This document shows, in pieces, positions 37,900 through 48,827 of a DNA stretch of 64,000 nucleotides. The position numbers were made by a program, and so were the translations under genes. The notes under the pieces are model-generated. The model did not search any database. It was not told where the DNA came from and worked only from the letters and a program-made list of their open reading frames with translations. The stretch's first letter is position 1. Every line of letters starts with the position of its first letter. Origin of the DNA: a virus; the IMG/VR virus record IMGVR_UViG_3300022925_000006; one strand, 5' to 3'.

Positions 37900-40800
37900 A
37901 TGTCTGAAAAGATTTACATAAAGAAAATTGTAGTCGGAACACCCGTCAAAAAAGTGACGGCTGGTGCCTTCTCTATTGATAATATATCTGGTGTCGTAAC
38001 GGATAATATTCCAGAATCCGATGGTGCAATTTTTGCCTATAAGTCGTCAACAGGAAAATACGAACTTGCTAATTTCATAAACGGTAGTAACATTACCGCT
38101 ACCTATGATAGTGGTTTAAATAATTTTAGGTTTGACTTTACTGGTGGACAATATACTGGAAATCTTATTCCAGACAGCGACTCAATTCGTGACCTTGGTA
38201 GTCAAGATAACAAATGGCGTGACCTTTATCTTTCTGGTCAGACAATTACTCTCGGCACACTACAACTAAAAGACAGTGATGGTGAGTTTATTATTGTTGA
38301 TGAGGTTAGTAATAAAACTTCGTTAAAGATTTCTCTTAGTAGTAACAATACCGATATTCTGAGTTTCAATGCCGAAACTGGTAACTTCATCTTTAGTGAT
38401 TCGGATATTGCAAGAACGGATATTAACGACACATTCCATCAAGGTGTAACGGTAGTTAATGGTGCGACTATTGATTCCGCAACAGTTACCAATCTTGCAA
38501 GTACAAACTTTACTGGTTCTCAGGCCACATTAGACAGTGCAAACATAAATGAACTGAGAGTATTGGGTAATACTGTTCTAGAAGGCAATCTTACTGTAAC
38601 AGGCACAGAAACGACTGTCAACACCGAAACAATTAATCTTGCAGACAATACGATTGTTCTAAACTCGAATGCAACAGGAACACCAACAGAAAATGCGGGT
38701 ATTGAAATTGAACGTGGTGACCTTGCTAACGTCTCATTTATATGGGATGAGGGTAATCAATATTGGACACTGGCTGACAAAACTCTAGAGACAACTGGTA
38801 AGATTCTTTTCGGAAACGTTTACTCTACCGAAGGTGACCTTCCGGCCGCATCATTGTATCACGGTATGTATGCTCACGTCCATGCAACAGGTCGTGGATA
38901 CTTCGCACACGCAGGTGACTGGCACAAACTGATTGATTCAGATACCACTACTTTACAACAAGTTTATAATTTAACATCTAATAACGCTTCTATTGTTCAA
39001 GCAAATGTTACTACTGCGGACATTGTTAATTTAAATCCGACAAACACAATTGGTACGAACGCAACCTATGATAGTGCTGCGATTCGAACACTAACATTTA
39101 CCACCCTCACTAACACAACAAGTGATATTACTGAGGGTGGTAATCTCTATTATACTCGTGCAAGATTTGATTCTGCCTTGGGTGACGCAACATCGATTGC
39201 AAGTATCCGTAGTTACTTTGCAGCTTCAGGCGACTTGTCATATAATTCATCCACGGGTGTGTTTGAATTTGATGTAGAACAAGTATATACTAAAACAAAC
39301 TTTGATAGTGACCTTGGTGCTGCCCTTGATGGTGGAACAGGTATCACTTATGATTCTGCTACAGACACAATTTCTATTACTGATACAGGGGTTGCTGCAG
39401 GAACCTATGGTTCTGCAAGTCAGATTCCAGTATTCACAGTAAACGCACAGGGTCAACTTGATAGTGCGGGTACAGTTGCGGTTGCAGGCGTAACCTCGTT
39501 TGCTTTTGATTCTTCTAATGGTAATCTTACTATCGGAACTGCCGATGGTGCCTCGTTTGTCACTACTGCAACACTTGACCCATATACAACAACCAATTTA
39601 GTTGAAGGTAGTAACCTCTATTATACTCGTGCGAGATTTGATTCTGCATTGGGTGACACTACATCTACACAAACAATCCGTGGAATGTTTAGTTCTGGCG
39701 GAGACTTGACTTATGATTCTGCGACAGGTAACTTTACCTTCGATGTAGAACAGGTTTATACCAAGTCTAACTTTGATTCTGATTTAGGTGCTGCCCTTGA
39801 TGGTGGTACGGGAATCACGTATGATAGTTCAACTGATACAATTTCTATTACTGACACTGGTGTTGTCGCAGGTACATATGGTTCTGCAACACAAATTCCA
39901 GTATTTACTGTCAATGCACAAGGTCAGTTAGATAGTGCAGGTAGTGTAGCTGTTGCGGGTGTATCATCCTTCTCGTTTGATTCCGCAAATGGAAATATCT
40001 CTATTGGTACTGTCGATGGTAACACTTTCCTCACAACTATTACCCTTGACCCATATACAACTACAGATTTAACTGAAGGGACAAATCTCTATTATACAAC
40101 TGTTCGTGCGGACTCTGACTTTGATGTTAGACTTGCTACGAAAACAACAGATGATGTCACAGAAGGGACTAATCTCTATTATACCACTGCAAGATGGGAT
40201 GCTCAACTTGCTACGAAAACAACAGGCGATGTAACCGAAGGGTCAAATCTTTACTATACCACTGCTCGTGCAGATAGTGATGCAAAGAATTCTGTATCAG
40301 TCACCGATGCGGGTGGAGATGGTTCGTTAAGTTATAATGCGGGTACTGGTGTAATTACATATACTGGGCCGAGTTCATCTGAGGTGAGAGCGCACTTTAG
40401 TGCGACAGGTGACCTATCCTACGATTCTTCTACTGGTGTATTTTCAATTGATGTTGAGAACGTATACTCTCAAGCAAACTTTGATAGTGACTTCTTAACT
40501 AGACTGACATCACAAATTGATAGTGCAGGTATCACTACACTTACGACTACTAACGGCACAATTACTAATATTATATCCGATAGTGCGAGTATTGGCAACC
40601 TTTCTTTCACAAATCTTGCAAACACTACTTCAGATATTACTGAAGGGTCTAATCTTTACTATACGACAGTAAGAAGTGATTCGGACTTTGATGTTCGTCT
40701 TGCAACTAAGTCTACCACAAACCTTGTAGAAGGTTCTAATTTATACTATACATTAGCACGTGACGATAGTGCGTTTGATGTTAGATTTGCGATTAAATCT

Positions 40801-43800
40801 ACAACAGACTTGACAGAAGGGACTAATTTATATTATACTACTGCTCGTCAGAACACAGACTTTGACACCAGATTAGGTACAAAGTCTACCTCAGATGTTT
40901 CTGAAGGAACGAATCTTTATTACGTAAAATCTCGTGTAGATAGTGATATTGATTCTAAGTTCACTGCAAACTCTACGTCAGACTTATCAGAAGGGTCTAA
41001 CCTCTATTATACTACTGCAAGAGCAGACAGTGATGCAAAAGCGTCTCTCTTAGTCAATGACGCAGGTGGTGATGGTTCACTTACCTACGATAGTGGTACT
41101 GGTGTATTTACCTATACGGGGCCAAGTGCGACAGAAGTAAGAGCGCATTTCAATGGTGGTTCTGGTGTTACTATCAATGCAGGTGGAACGATTTCTATTG
41201 GTCAACCTGTAGGAACTACCGATGACGTAGTATTCGGTAAATCAACTATTGACTCTGCGGTTGTTGATGGAATTAACTTTAATGTTCTTACATCAAGACA
41301 TTCAAATGCTGCTGGAACAGTATTCTTTGACTCAGACCACCAAAAAGGTCTGTCTGTTGTCATGGACACTCAGAACAATCCAAATCCTGATGTAACTCTT
41401 AACCTTGGTCAAGAGATATTCTTATATGTCCATAACTTAACTGGCGCTCAGATTAACAACGGTGATGCAGTATACATCTCTGGAACTGCACACGGTAAAC
41501 ACCCACAAGTATCTCTTGCTCGTGCGGATATGTCGTCAACAGGTAATCCTTCTGGTCTTGCGACTATGGACATTCCAGATGGCGCTCACGGTTGGGTAAC
41601 AAGATACGGTATTGTCCGTGATGTAAACACTGGTAGTTTTGCTGAAGGTTCTACACTATATCTTTCCGCTGATTCCGCAGGTAAGTGGACATCAACCGAA
41701 GTTACTGTAGATACTGGATATCCTTTCCATATTGGTCAGGTTCTGACTGCTGACTCTAATGTTGGTACAATCCTTGTAGACGGATTTAGTGAACACTTTG
41801 AGTATCTGCGTATTGAAGATAGACTGAAAGTCTCAGGTAGACTTGAAGCTGACTCTGCGTCACTTCTGAATGTTCAATTTAATACTACACTGTTTGATTC
41901 ACATCAACCGTATAGTGAAGGTCTGTTGTATTATGATAATGCACACAAGACTCTGAACTATAATGATGACATCACTGGTATGGTTCACGAAATTGGTATT
42001 CAAGAACACCAACGTGTTTATAATAATAGTGGTGCAACCATTAAGAAAGGTAATGCACTATACTTTAGTGGTAACTACCTATCAGGTGATATTGATGTTC
42101 CGACTATTGGTCTTGCAGACGCAACGGACGTAAACGCATATAACGCTCAAGGTATTGCTGCCCAAGATATTGCAAACAACTCTTATGGTCACTGTTTGAT
42201 TGCTGGTCAATTAACCGAAGTTGATACCTCACACTTGAGTGACGGTTCAAACTTCTTCGTATCCGTGACTACGCCTGGGTCTCACCAAAACGCATCTCCG
42301 ACATATCCAAACTTCCCTATGTGTTTGGGTTGGGTTGTTAAGGCTGGTGATTCAGATAATGGTATCTTACTTGTCAATCAACAGAACCACTCGGTTAACT
42401 CATTCCGTGTAAGAACTTCTGCACACATTGGTACAGACTTACAGGTTGACGGTAACTTAACGATTTTAGGTAGTCAGACCACTGTAGGTACATCTAATGT
42501 AACTCAGGGTTCTCCAATCTATCGTCTTAATGAAGGTGATGCGATTGGTGAAGCAGGAACAGTCTTTACTGGTACTGGTCTTGACGATGCCTTCTTTGCA
42601 GGTCACTTTACAGGAACTTCTTCACAAACTTACTATGTAAGAATTGATGGTGTAGGAACTGGTGCAGGTGGTGTAGATACCTTTGCTGTTGCACTTGGTA
42701 ACGATAGTGCGTTTACTTCACCAGTTTTAATTAAACAGAATATTACTGGTGAACCACAACTTATTCACTCTGCCGATAATATCTCGGTTGATTTTGGTGC
42801 GACTACAGGTCACGATAGTGGTGATAGATGGGCTGGTACTGCATCTCCTGTTAATGTAGATACTGGTTTCTTCACAAACCGAAATACTGGCACAAGTGGT
42901 GTCGGTTATACCCATATGGGTCTATGGTTTGATGTCACTGACGAGAAGTGGAAAATCATTGATGAGTATGACTCAACACCTACAGGAACAATTAATGCTG
43001 CCGACTCTTCGTTCAGTCTTGCAACTCTAGTTGCAAATACGTTTGAAGGTAATCTGATTGGTGCGGTAACAGGTAATGCTCAAACCGCTTCTGCTCTTGC
43101 AACTGGTCGTAACTTCTCCTTAACAGGTGATATTACTGCAAGTGCGGTATCCTTTGACGGAACAGGTAACGTAACACTTACAACTGCATACAATCCAGGC
43201 AGTATCGTAAACGCAGATATCAATGCAACTGCAAATATCGCTGATAGTAAACTCGCAACCATTACTACTGCGGGTAAGGTAAACAACTCTGCAACGACCG
43301 CTACAAGTGCAAATACTGCTTCTGCAATTATTGCTCGTGATGCAAGTGGTAACTTTGCGGGGGGTACATTCACTGGTGAAGTGAATCGTGACGCACAGAC
43401 TACAGTAACCGCTGGAACATATGGTTCTGCAACTGCAATCCCTGTAATAACAGTTGATGCAAATGGTTTTGTAGATAGTATGGGAACAATCGGTGTATCA
43501 GGTATTACTGGTGTAGACTTTAATAATTCAGACGGAACACTTACTATCAATACAAGTGGTAGTGACTTCTCTGATGTCCTTACCCTTGACCCATTCACTA
43601 CTGCGGACTTGACAGAGAATACTAATCTCTATCACACAACCGCAAGAGTAAGAAGTGCCATTAGTGTAGATTCTGGCAGTGACTTGTCATACAACTCAAC
43701 TACTGGTGTAATATCATTTACTGAATCGGATAGAAGTCCTGCTGATATTAGAGGATTATTCTCCGCAGGTGGTGATTTAAGTTATAACGATAGTACTGGA

Positions 43801-44343
43801 CAATTCTCATTCACCGATTCTGCACAACATACAAGTGCAGAGATTCGTGCAATGTTCTCTGCGGGTGGAGACCTTACATTTAATAGTGGTACTGGTCAAT
43901 TTAGTGTAACTAAGTTTACTACCGCAAACGCAAGAAGTTCAATCTCATTGACAGACGCTGGCGGTGCTGGTTCTGCTTCATATAACTCTGGTACTGGTGT
44001 GATTACCTATACAGGGCCGAGTGATGCGGAGATTCGTGGTAAGATTAGTGTAGATTCTGGCGGTGACTTGTCATACAACTCAACTACTGGCGTGGTATCA
44101 TTTACTCAAAGAACCGATGCTCAAGTAAGAGGTCTTATCTCTGCTGGCGGAGACTTATCATATAATAGTAGTACTGGTGTCATGTCATTCAGTGAAACAT
44201 ATTCTACTGCAAGTGAACTTCTGACCGCAGTTAAGACTGTAGATGGCGATTCGAGTGGATTGAACGCTGACCTATTAGACGGTCAAGAGGGTTCTCATTA
44301 CAGAATTAATGTTTATAACAATGCAGGCACGTTGTTAAACTAA
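37900..44343 (+). CDS. long tail fibre protein
   Basis: 2147 aa, Thr/Ser/Gly/Asp-rich; 11 E[GN]xNLY[YH] repeats, AGTYGSA..IPV repeats, GL.ADLLDG motif. Confidence 0.85.
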   Translation: MSEKIYIKKIVVGTPVKKVTAGAFSIDNISGVVTDNIPESDGAIFAYKSSTGKYELANFINGSNITATYDSGLNNFRFDFTGGQYTGNLIPDSDSIRDLGSQDNKWRDLYLSGQTITLGTLQLKDSDGEFIIVDEVSNKTSLKISLSSNNTDILSFNAETGNFIFSDSDIARTDINDTFHQGVTVVNGATIDSATVTNLASTNFTGSQATLDSANINELRVLGNTVLEGNLTVTGTETTVNTETINLADNTIVLNSNATGTPTENAGIEIERGDLANVSFIWDEGNQYWTLADKTLETTGKILFGNVYSTEGDLPAASLYHGMYAHVHATGRGYFAHAGDWHKLIDSDTTTLQQVYNLTSNNASIVQANVTTADIVNLNPTNTIGTNATYDSAAIRTLTFTTLTNTTSDITEGGNLYYTRARFDSALGDATSIASIRSYFAASGDLSYNSSTGVFEFDVEQVYTKTNFDSDLGAALDGGTGITYDSATDTISITDTGVAAGTYGSASQIPVFTVNAQGQLDSAGTVAVAGVTSFAFDSSNGNLTIGTADGASFVTTATLDPYTTTNLVEGSNLYYTRARFDSALGDTTSTQTIRGMFSSGGDLTYDSATGNFTFDVEQVYTKSNFDSDLGAALDGGTGITYDSSTDTISITDTGVVAGTYGSATQIPVFTVNAQGQLDSAGSVAVAGVSSFSFDSANGNISIGTVDGNTFLTTITLDPYTTTDLTEGTNLYYTTVRADSDFDVRLATKTTDDVTEGTNLYYTTARWDAQLATKTTGDVTEGSNLYYTTARADSDAKNSVSVTDAGGDGSLSYNAGTGVITYTGPSSSEVRAHFSATGDLSYDSSTGVFSIDVENVYSQANFDSDFLTRLTSQIDSAGITTLTTTNGTITNIISDSASIGNLSFTNLANTTSDITEGSNLYYTTVRSDSDFDVRLATKSTTNLVEGSNLYYTLARDDSAFDVRFAIKSTTDLTEGTNLYYTTARQNTDFDTRLGTKSTSDVSEGTNLYYVKSRVDSDIDSKFTANSTSDLSEGSNLYYTTARADSDAKASLLVNDAGGDGSLTYDSGTGVFTYTGPSATEVRAHFNGGSGVTINAGGTISIGQPVGTTDDVVFGKSTIDSAVVDGINFNVLTSRHSNAAGTVFFDSDHQKGLSVVMDTQNNPNPDVTLNLGQEIFLYVHNLTGAQINNGDAVYISGTAHGKHPQVSLARADMSSTGNPSGLATMDIPDGAHGWVTRYGIVRDVNTGSFAEGSTLYLSADSAGKWTSTEVTVDTGYPFHIGQVLTADSNVGTILVDGFSEHFEYLRIEDRLKVSGRLEADSASLLNVQFNTTLFDSHQPYSEGLLYYDNAHKTLNYNDDITGMVHEIGIQEHQRVYNNSGATIKKGNALYFSGNYLSGDIDVPTIGLADATDVNAYNAQGIAAQDIANNSYGHCLIAGQLTEVDTSHLSDGSNFFVSVTTPGSHQNASPTYPNFPMCLGWVVKAGDSDNGILLVNQQNHSVNSFRVRTSAHIGTDLQVDGNLTILGSQTTVGTSNVTQGSPIYRLNEGDAIGEAGTVFTGTGLDDAFFAGHFTGTSSQTYYVRIDGVGTGAGGVDTFAVALGNDSAFTSPVLIKQNITGEPQLIHSADNISVDFGATTGHDSGDRWAGTASPVNVDTGFFTNRNTGTSGVGYTHMGLWFDVTDEKWKIIDEYDSTPTGTINAADSSFSLATLVANTFEGNLIGAVTGNAQTASALATGRNFSLTGDITASAVSFDGTGNVTLTTAYNPGSIVNADINATANIADSKLATITTAGKVNNSATTATSANTASAIIARDASGNFAGGTFTGEVNRDAQTTVTAGTYGSATAIPVITVDANGFVDSMGTIGVSGITGVDFNNSDGTLTINTSGSDFSDVLTLDPFTTADLTENTNLYHTTARVRSAISVDSGSDLSYNSTTGVISFTESDRSPADIRGLFSAGGDLSYNDSTGQFSFTDSAQHTSAEIRAMFSAGGDLTFNSGTGQFSVTKFTTANARSSISLTDAGGAGSASYNSGTGVITYTGPSDAEIRGKISVDSGGDLSYNSTTGVVSFTQRTDAQVRGLISAGGDLSYNSSTGVMSFSETYSTASELLTAVKTVDGDSSGLNADLLDGQEGSHYRINVYNNAGTLLN

Positions 44344-44357
44344 GGATAAATAGATAA

Positions 44358-45155
44358 ATGGCATCATATACAAGAATACAAACTAGACAAGAGTTCATTG
44401 AATATTGTCTACGTAGGTTAGGTTATCCCGTTATTGAAATTAATGTGGATGACGAACAAATCGAAGACCGTGTCAATGACGCATTGCAATTGTTTAATGA
44501 ATATGGTGGGGAAGGTAGTTTTCGTGCATATATTCCATTCACAATAACACAAGCTATTATTGACCGTGGGTTTATTGATTTTGACTTAGACCCTATTACT
44601 GGTGTTACTGACCCCAATAATATTCTAAATGTTGTTCGTGTATTGCCAATTGATTCTCAAGTAGAAAGTGTTAATTTCTTTGATGTAAAATATCAAATGC
44701 GTCTTAACGATATGTGGGATTTGAACACTGGTGTCGGAGACCTTGCATACTATGAACAAATGCAACAGTATCTCTCTACTATTGATATGAAACTAAGCGG
44801 CACTCCTCAGATTCAGTTTGTTCGTGCAGGTAATACCTTGAATATCTTTGGTGATATTTCTGGAAGTAAGGGTGACCTACAAGCTGGTGATAAAATTTTA
44901 ATGGAAATGTATTTTACAACTGACGCAAATGTCAATGGTAAAATCTATAATAATATCTTCTTAAAAGAATACGCAACCGCACTTATCAAAGAACAGTGGG
45001 GACAGAATCTTATTAAGTTTGAAGGAATGGTATTGCCTGGCGGTGTTCAGTTGAATGGTAGACAGATATTTGAAGATGCACGACAAGAAATAGAAGTAAT
45101 TCGTCAACGAATATATAATGAGTATGACACACCACCAGACTTCTTTGTAGGATAA
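44358..45155 (+). CDS. gp13: neck protein gp13
   Basis: YCLRRLG.PVIEINVDDEQIEDR..DALQ, LKEYATALIK.QWGQNL.KF.G..LPGGV.LNG. Confidence 0.95.
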   Translation: MASYTRIQTRQEFIEYCLRRLGYPVIEINVDDEQIEDRVNDALQLFNEYGGEGSFRAYIPFTITQAIIDRGFIDFDLDPITGVTDPNNILNVVRVLPIDSQVESVNFFDVKYQMRLNDMWDLNTGVGDLAYYEQMQQYLSTIDMKLSGTPQIQFVRAGNTLNIFGDISGSKGDLQAGDKILMEMYFTTDANVNGKIYNNIFLKEYATALIKEQWGQNLIKFEGMVLPGGVQLNGRQIFEDARQEIEVIRQRIYNEYDTPPDFFVG

Positions 45156-45159
45156 CATA

Positions 45160-46029
45160 ATGGCAACGAACCCGTATTTTAAACAAGGTGTTCGTTCTGA
45201 ACAGACCGTTTATGAGGACATTATCATTGAAGCCCTCAAAATGTATGGTCAGGATGTGTATTACCTTCCACGAGAAATCATCAATCAAGATAACATCTTT
45301 CTTGATGACGTACCGTCACGTTTCGGTTCTTCTTATAAAGTTGAAATGTATATTGAGAACACCGAAGCATTTGATGGTGAAGGTGACCTGTTCACAAAAT
45401 TCGGTATCGAATTAAGAGACCAAGCTAATTTTGTTGTTTCTAGAAAGAGATGGAAACAACTTGTCGGTACTCGTCTAGCTGAGAACAACTTCCGTCCTCG
45501 TGAAGGCGACCTAATTTATCTGACACTATCTAAATCTATATTTGAGATACGTAGAGTAGAAACCGAAACTCCATTCTATCAGTTATCAAATCTACCCACA
45601 TTCCGTATGCAGTGTGAGTTATTCGAATATAATGACGAAGACTTTGATACAGGTATTGATGATATCAATAAAGTTGAAGAAGAGTCAGCATATCAAATTT
45701 CATTGACAATGGATTCTGCGGCAGGATATGACATTGGAGAAACCGTTACTCAGGTATTTGAAACATATAGTATGAAGGGTGAAGTTATTGATTGGTCTGA
45801 TTCTGATGGTATTCTTCAACTTGCACATGTTGGCGCTACCGATGGTAAGTTCCACACATTTAACACATCAAGACTTATCACTGGGGACACCTCTGGTGCG
45901 AAAGCAAATGCAACACTAGTCGCTGAACTACAGAATATTCAAAGAGATGCACAGAACGCTATCTTTGATGATTTTGAAGGGGACTTCTTGGACTTCAGTG
46001 AGTCTAATCCATTCGGAGACATATCATAA
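45160..46029 (+). CDS. gp14: neck protein gp14
   Basis: E.LKMYGQDVYYLPR, F.GEGDLF.KFG, RPREGDLIY, DFSE.NPFG. Confidence 0.95.
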   Translation: MATNPYFKQGVRSEQTVYEDIIIEALKMYGQDVYYLPREIINQDNIFLDDVPSRFGSSYKVEMYIENTEAFDGEGDLFTKFGIELRDQANFVVSRKRWKQLVGTRLAENNFRPREGDLIYLTLSKSIFEIRRVETETPFYQLSNLPTFRMQCELFEYNDEDFDTGIDDINKVEEESAYQISLTMDSAAGYDIGETVTQVFETYSMKGEVIDWSDSDGILQLAHVGATDGKFHTFNTSRLITGDTSGAKANATLVAELQNIQRDAQNAIFDDFEGDFLDFSESNPFGDIS

Positions 46030-46808
46030 TGTTTGGCACATGGTTTTATCATAAGAGAGTAAGAACAGCCGTATCTGTATTTGGTTCGATGTTCAACAAC
46101 CTATATGTTCTAAGACAGAACAGTTCGGGCGAAACTATTTCTCAAGTAAAAGTTCCGTTATCCTATGCACCCAAAAGAAATTTCATCTCACGATTAGAAG
46201 AGATGAGTAAGGGTGAGGATGCAGAACGTAGGGTTGCAATCAAGTTACCTCGAATGTCGTTTGAGATTACGAACATGCAATATGATGCAACTCGACAGTT
46301 ACCCAAGAACAATAATATCTCATCCCTCGTTGAGAACAGTATCACAAGTAGACGTAAACTTTATACGTCCACCCCATACACAATATCATTTCAATTAAAT
46401 ATATATGCTAAATCACAAGACGATGCACTACAAATTGTAGAACAGATTCTACCATACTTTGCACCACAATATACTTTAACTATTAAACCCTTTGCTGATG
46501 TCGATACTTTGACCGAAGACGTTCCCGTTACATTATCGGGAGTCACCTTTCAAGATGACTTTGAGGGTTCGGTTGAACAACGTAGAACAATTATATATAC
46601 ATTAGACTTTGAAATGAAAATCTCTCTATATGGCCCAGAGTCTAATAAGAATATTATTCGTGATGTACGTAGTAATTTATTCTTACAGGAAGCTGGATTA
46701 TCTGATAGTGATGTGTATATCAAAACTATAAAGGTTACACCAGACCCTTCAACCATAAGTGCGGATAGTGATTACGGATTTGTTGAAACCGACTTGGATA
46801 GTGCATAA
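46029..46808 (+). CDS. gp15: tail sheath stabilizer / terminator gp15
   Basis: FYH...R..V..FG..FN, KVPL.YAPK, LPRMSFE, DDALQIVEQILPYF.P. Confidence 0.95.
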   Translation: MFGTWFYHKRVRTAVSVFGSMFNNLYVLRQNSSGETISQVKVPLSYAPKRNFISRLEEMSKGEDAERRVAIKLPRMSFEITNMQYDATRQLPKNNNISSLVENSITSRRKLYTSTPYTISFQLNIYAKSQDDALQIVEQILPYFAPQYTLTIKPFADVDTLTEDVPVTLSGVTFQDDFEGSVEQRRTIIYTLDFEMKISLYGPESNKNIIRDVRSNLFLQEAGLSDSDVYIKTIKVTPDPSTISADSDYGFVETDLDSA

Positions 46809-47161
46809 TGAGTGATAATGAAAAGAATATAAAAGACGACTACACCACCTCCCGTGACACCTATCACGATATAATTGAGAAGGGACGGGAGAGTATGGAC
46901 TTGATGATTGAAGTCGCACGAGAGAGTGAACACCCCCGTGCCTTTGAGGTGTTGTCTGGCATGATGAAGAACATGGCGGATGTCACTGATAAACTGATGG
47001 ACTTGAATAAGAAACACAAGGAAATCAATCAGACAGACGAACCCAAACAAATTGGTAACACAACCAATAACCTGTTCGTAGGAACTACTACAGACCTACA
47101 GAGACTTATACAGAATGAGAGAGTGGAAAAAGTAATAGATGTTGAACCCGAATCAGAATGA
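46808..47161 (+). CDS. gp16: terminase small subunit
   Basis: DY...R, A.ESEHPRAFEV, NNLFVGTT.DLQ. Confidence 0.92.
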   Translation: MSDNEKNIKDDYTTSRDTYHDIIEKGRESMDLMIEVARESEHPRAFEVLSGMMKNMADVTDKLMDLNKKHKEINQTDEPKQIGNTTNNLFVGTTTDLQRLIQNERVEKVIDVEPESE

Positions 47162-48758
47162 AAGTTATCTTGGCAATATTAATGTCAAGCGTGATGGAGT
47201 TCAACACAATTTTACTGAAGAAGAAGTCAAAGAATATATTAAGTGTTCTAAAGACCCTGTATATTTCTGTAAAAAATATCTAAAAGTTATTTCTCTTGAT
47301 GAGGGTTTAGTACCCTTTACACTTTATCCCTATCAAGAGAAAATGTTTGACCACTTCAATAACAATCGATTCTCTATCGTACTTGCGTGTAGACAGTCTG
47401 GTAAATCGATTAGTTCCGTAGGATATATAATCTGGTTTGCTTGTTTCCATAGTGAGAAGACTATTGCGATACTAGCAAACAAGGGTGCAACTGCAAGGGA
47501 GATGTTGGCTCGTGTTACACTCATGTTGGAAAATCTACCATTCTTTTTGCAGCCTGGCACAAAGGCACTCAACAAAGGTTCGATTGAGTTTAGTAATAAT
47601 TCTCGTATCATTGCCGCTGCTACCTCTGGTAGTTCCATTAGGGGTATGTCTGTTAACCTACTATTTCTTGACGAGTTTGCCTTTGTGGAAAGAGCAAATG
47701 AATTCTATACTTCTACATATCCAGTTATCTCAGCAGGTAAAGATACTAAGGTTATCATTACATCAACTGCAAACGGTATCGGTAATACGTTTCATAAGAT
47801 TTGGGAAGGGGCGGTACAGAAGGTAAACGAATTCGTACCATTTACCGTTAACTGGTATGATGTGCCTGGACGTGACGAAGAGTGGAAAAGACAAACAATT
47901 TCCAACACGTCTCAGTTACAGTTCGACCAAGAATTTGGTAACACCTTTTTTGGTACAGGTGATACACTAATCAATGCCGAAACACTGTTATCATTTAGAG
48001 CATTCAACCCAAAAGAATTTCTTGAGGGTGGCGACTTATTAATATATGAACGCCCAGACAAAGACCATGAATATATCATGACTGTGGACGTATCAAAAGG
48101 AAGAGGTCAGGATTATTCTACGTTTAACGTAATCGACATTAGCACGAGACCGTTCAAACAGGTTGCTGTCTATCGCAATAATACTATATCTCCAATACTC
48201 TTTCCTAATATTATATATAAGTACGCAAATCTCTACAACGAGTCATATGTTGTTATCGAATCAAATGACCAAGGAACATTGGTCTGTCAAGGACTGTATC
48301 AAGACTTAGAATACGAGAATATCCATATGGAATCTGCCGTCAAAGCAGACCGTATTGGTATTGAAATGAATCGAAAGGTTAAACGATTGGGTTGTTCTGC
48401 AATCAAGGATATTCTAGAGAATACTAAACTAAATATTATTGATGAGAATACCATCATGGAAATCTCTACTTTTGTGTCAAGGGGTCAATCATACGAAGCT
48501 TCGGATGGTAATCACGATGACTTAATGATGAATCTAGTTATGTTTGGTTACTTTGTATCATCTCAATTCTTTGCTGATATGACTGATATTAACCTAAAAG
48601 AACTCATGTTTGCGAAGAAGATGAAAGAAATTGAGGATGATGTACCACCCGTAGGTTTCATTGATGATGGGTTATCCCAAGTCAGAGAAGAAGAAGAACA
48701 GAAAACGGCAGGTTGGCATACGTTCGAAGGTATGGATACTGGTGTGGAAGAATGGTAA
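47139..48758 (+). CDS. gp17: terminase large subunit
   Basis: RQSGKS Walker A, LLFLDEFAFV Walker B, DVSKGRGQDYS, HDDL. Confidence 0.97.
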   Translation: MLNPNQNESYLGNINVKRDGVQHNFTEEEVKEYIKCSKDPVYFCKKYLKVISLDEGLVPFTLYPYQEKMFDHFNNNRFSIVLACRQSGKSISSVGYIIWFACFHSEKTIAILANKGATAREMLARVTLMLENLPFFLQPGTKALNKGSIEFSNNSRIIAAATSGSSIRGMSVNLLFLDEFAFVERANEFYTSTYPVISAGKDTKVIITSTANGIGNTFHKIWEGAVQKVNEFVPFTVNWYDVPGRDEEWKRQTISNTSQLQFDQEFGNTFFGTGDTLINAETLLSFRAFNPKEFLEGGDLLIYERPDKDHEYIMTVDVSKGRGQDYSTFNVIDISTRPFKQVAVYRNNTISPILFPNIIYKYANLYNESYVVIESNDQGTLVCQGLYQDLEYENIHMESAVKADRIGIEMNRKVKRLGCSAIKDILENTKLNIIDENTIMEISTFVSRGQSYEASDGNHDDLMMNLVMFGYFVSSQFFADMTDINLKELMFAKKMKEIEDDVPPVGFIDDGLSQVREEEEQKTAGWHTFEGMDTGVEEW

Positions 48759-48760
48759 TG

Positions 48761-48768
48761 TATAAATA
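48761..48768 (+). promoter_or_regulatory. late promoter
   Basis: TATAAATA upstream of gp18. Confidence 0.85.
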
Positions 48769-48827
48769 AAGGTATGTGAATATAATCGTATTATGAAAAC
48801 TTATAATTAAACTAAAGGAAAAAAGTT

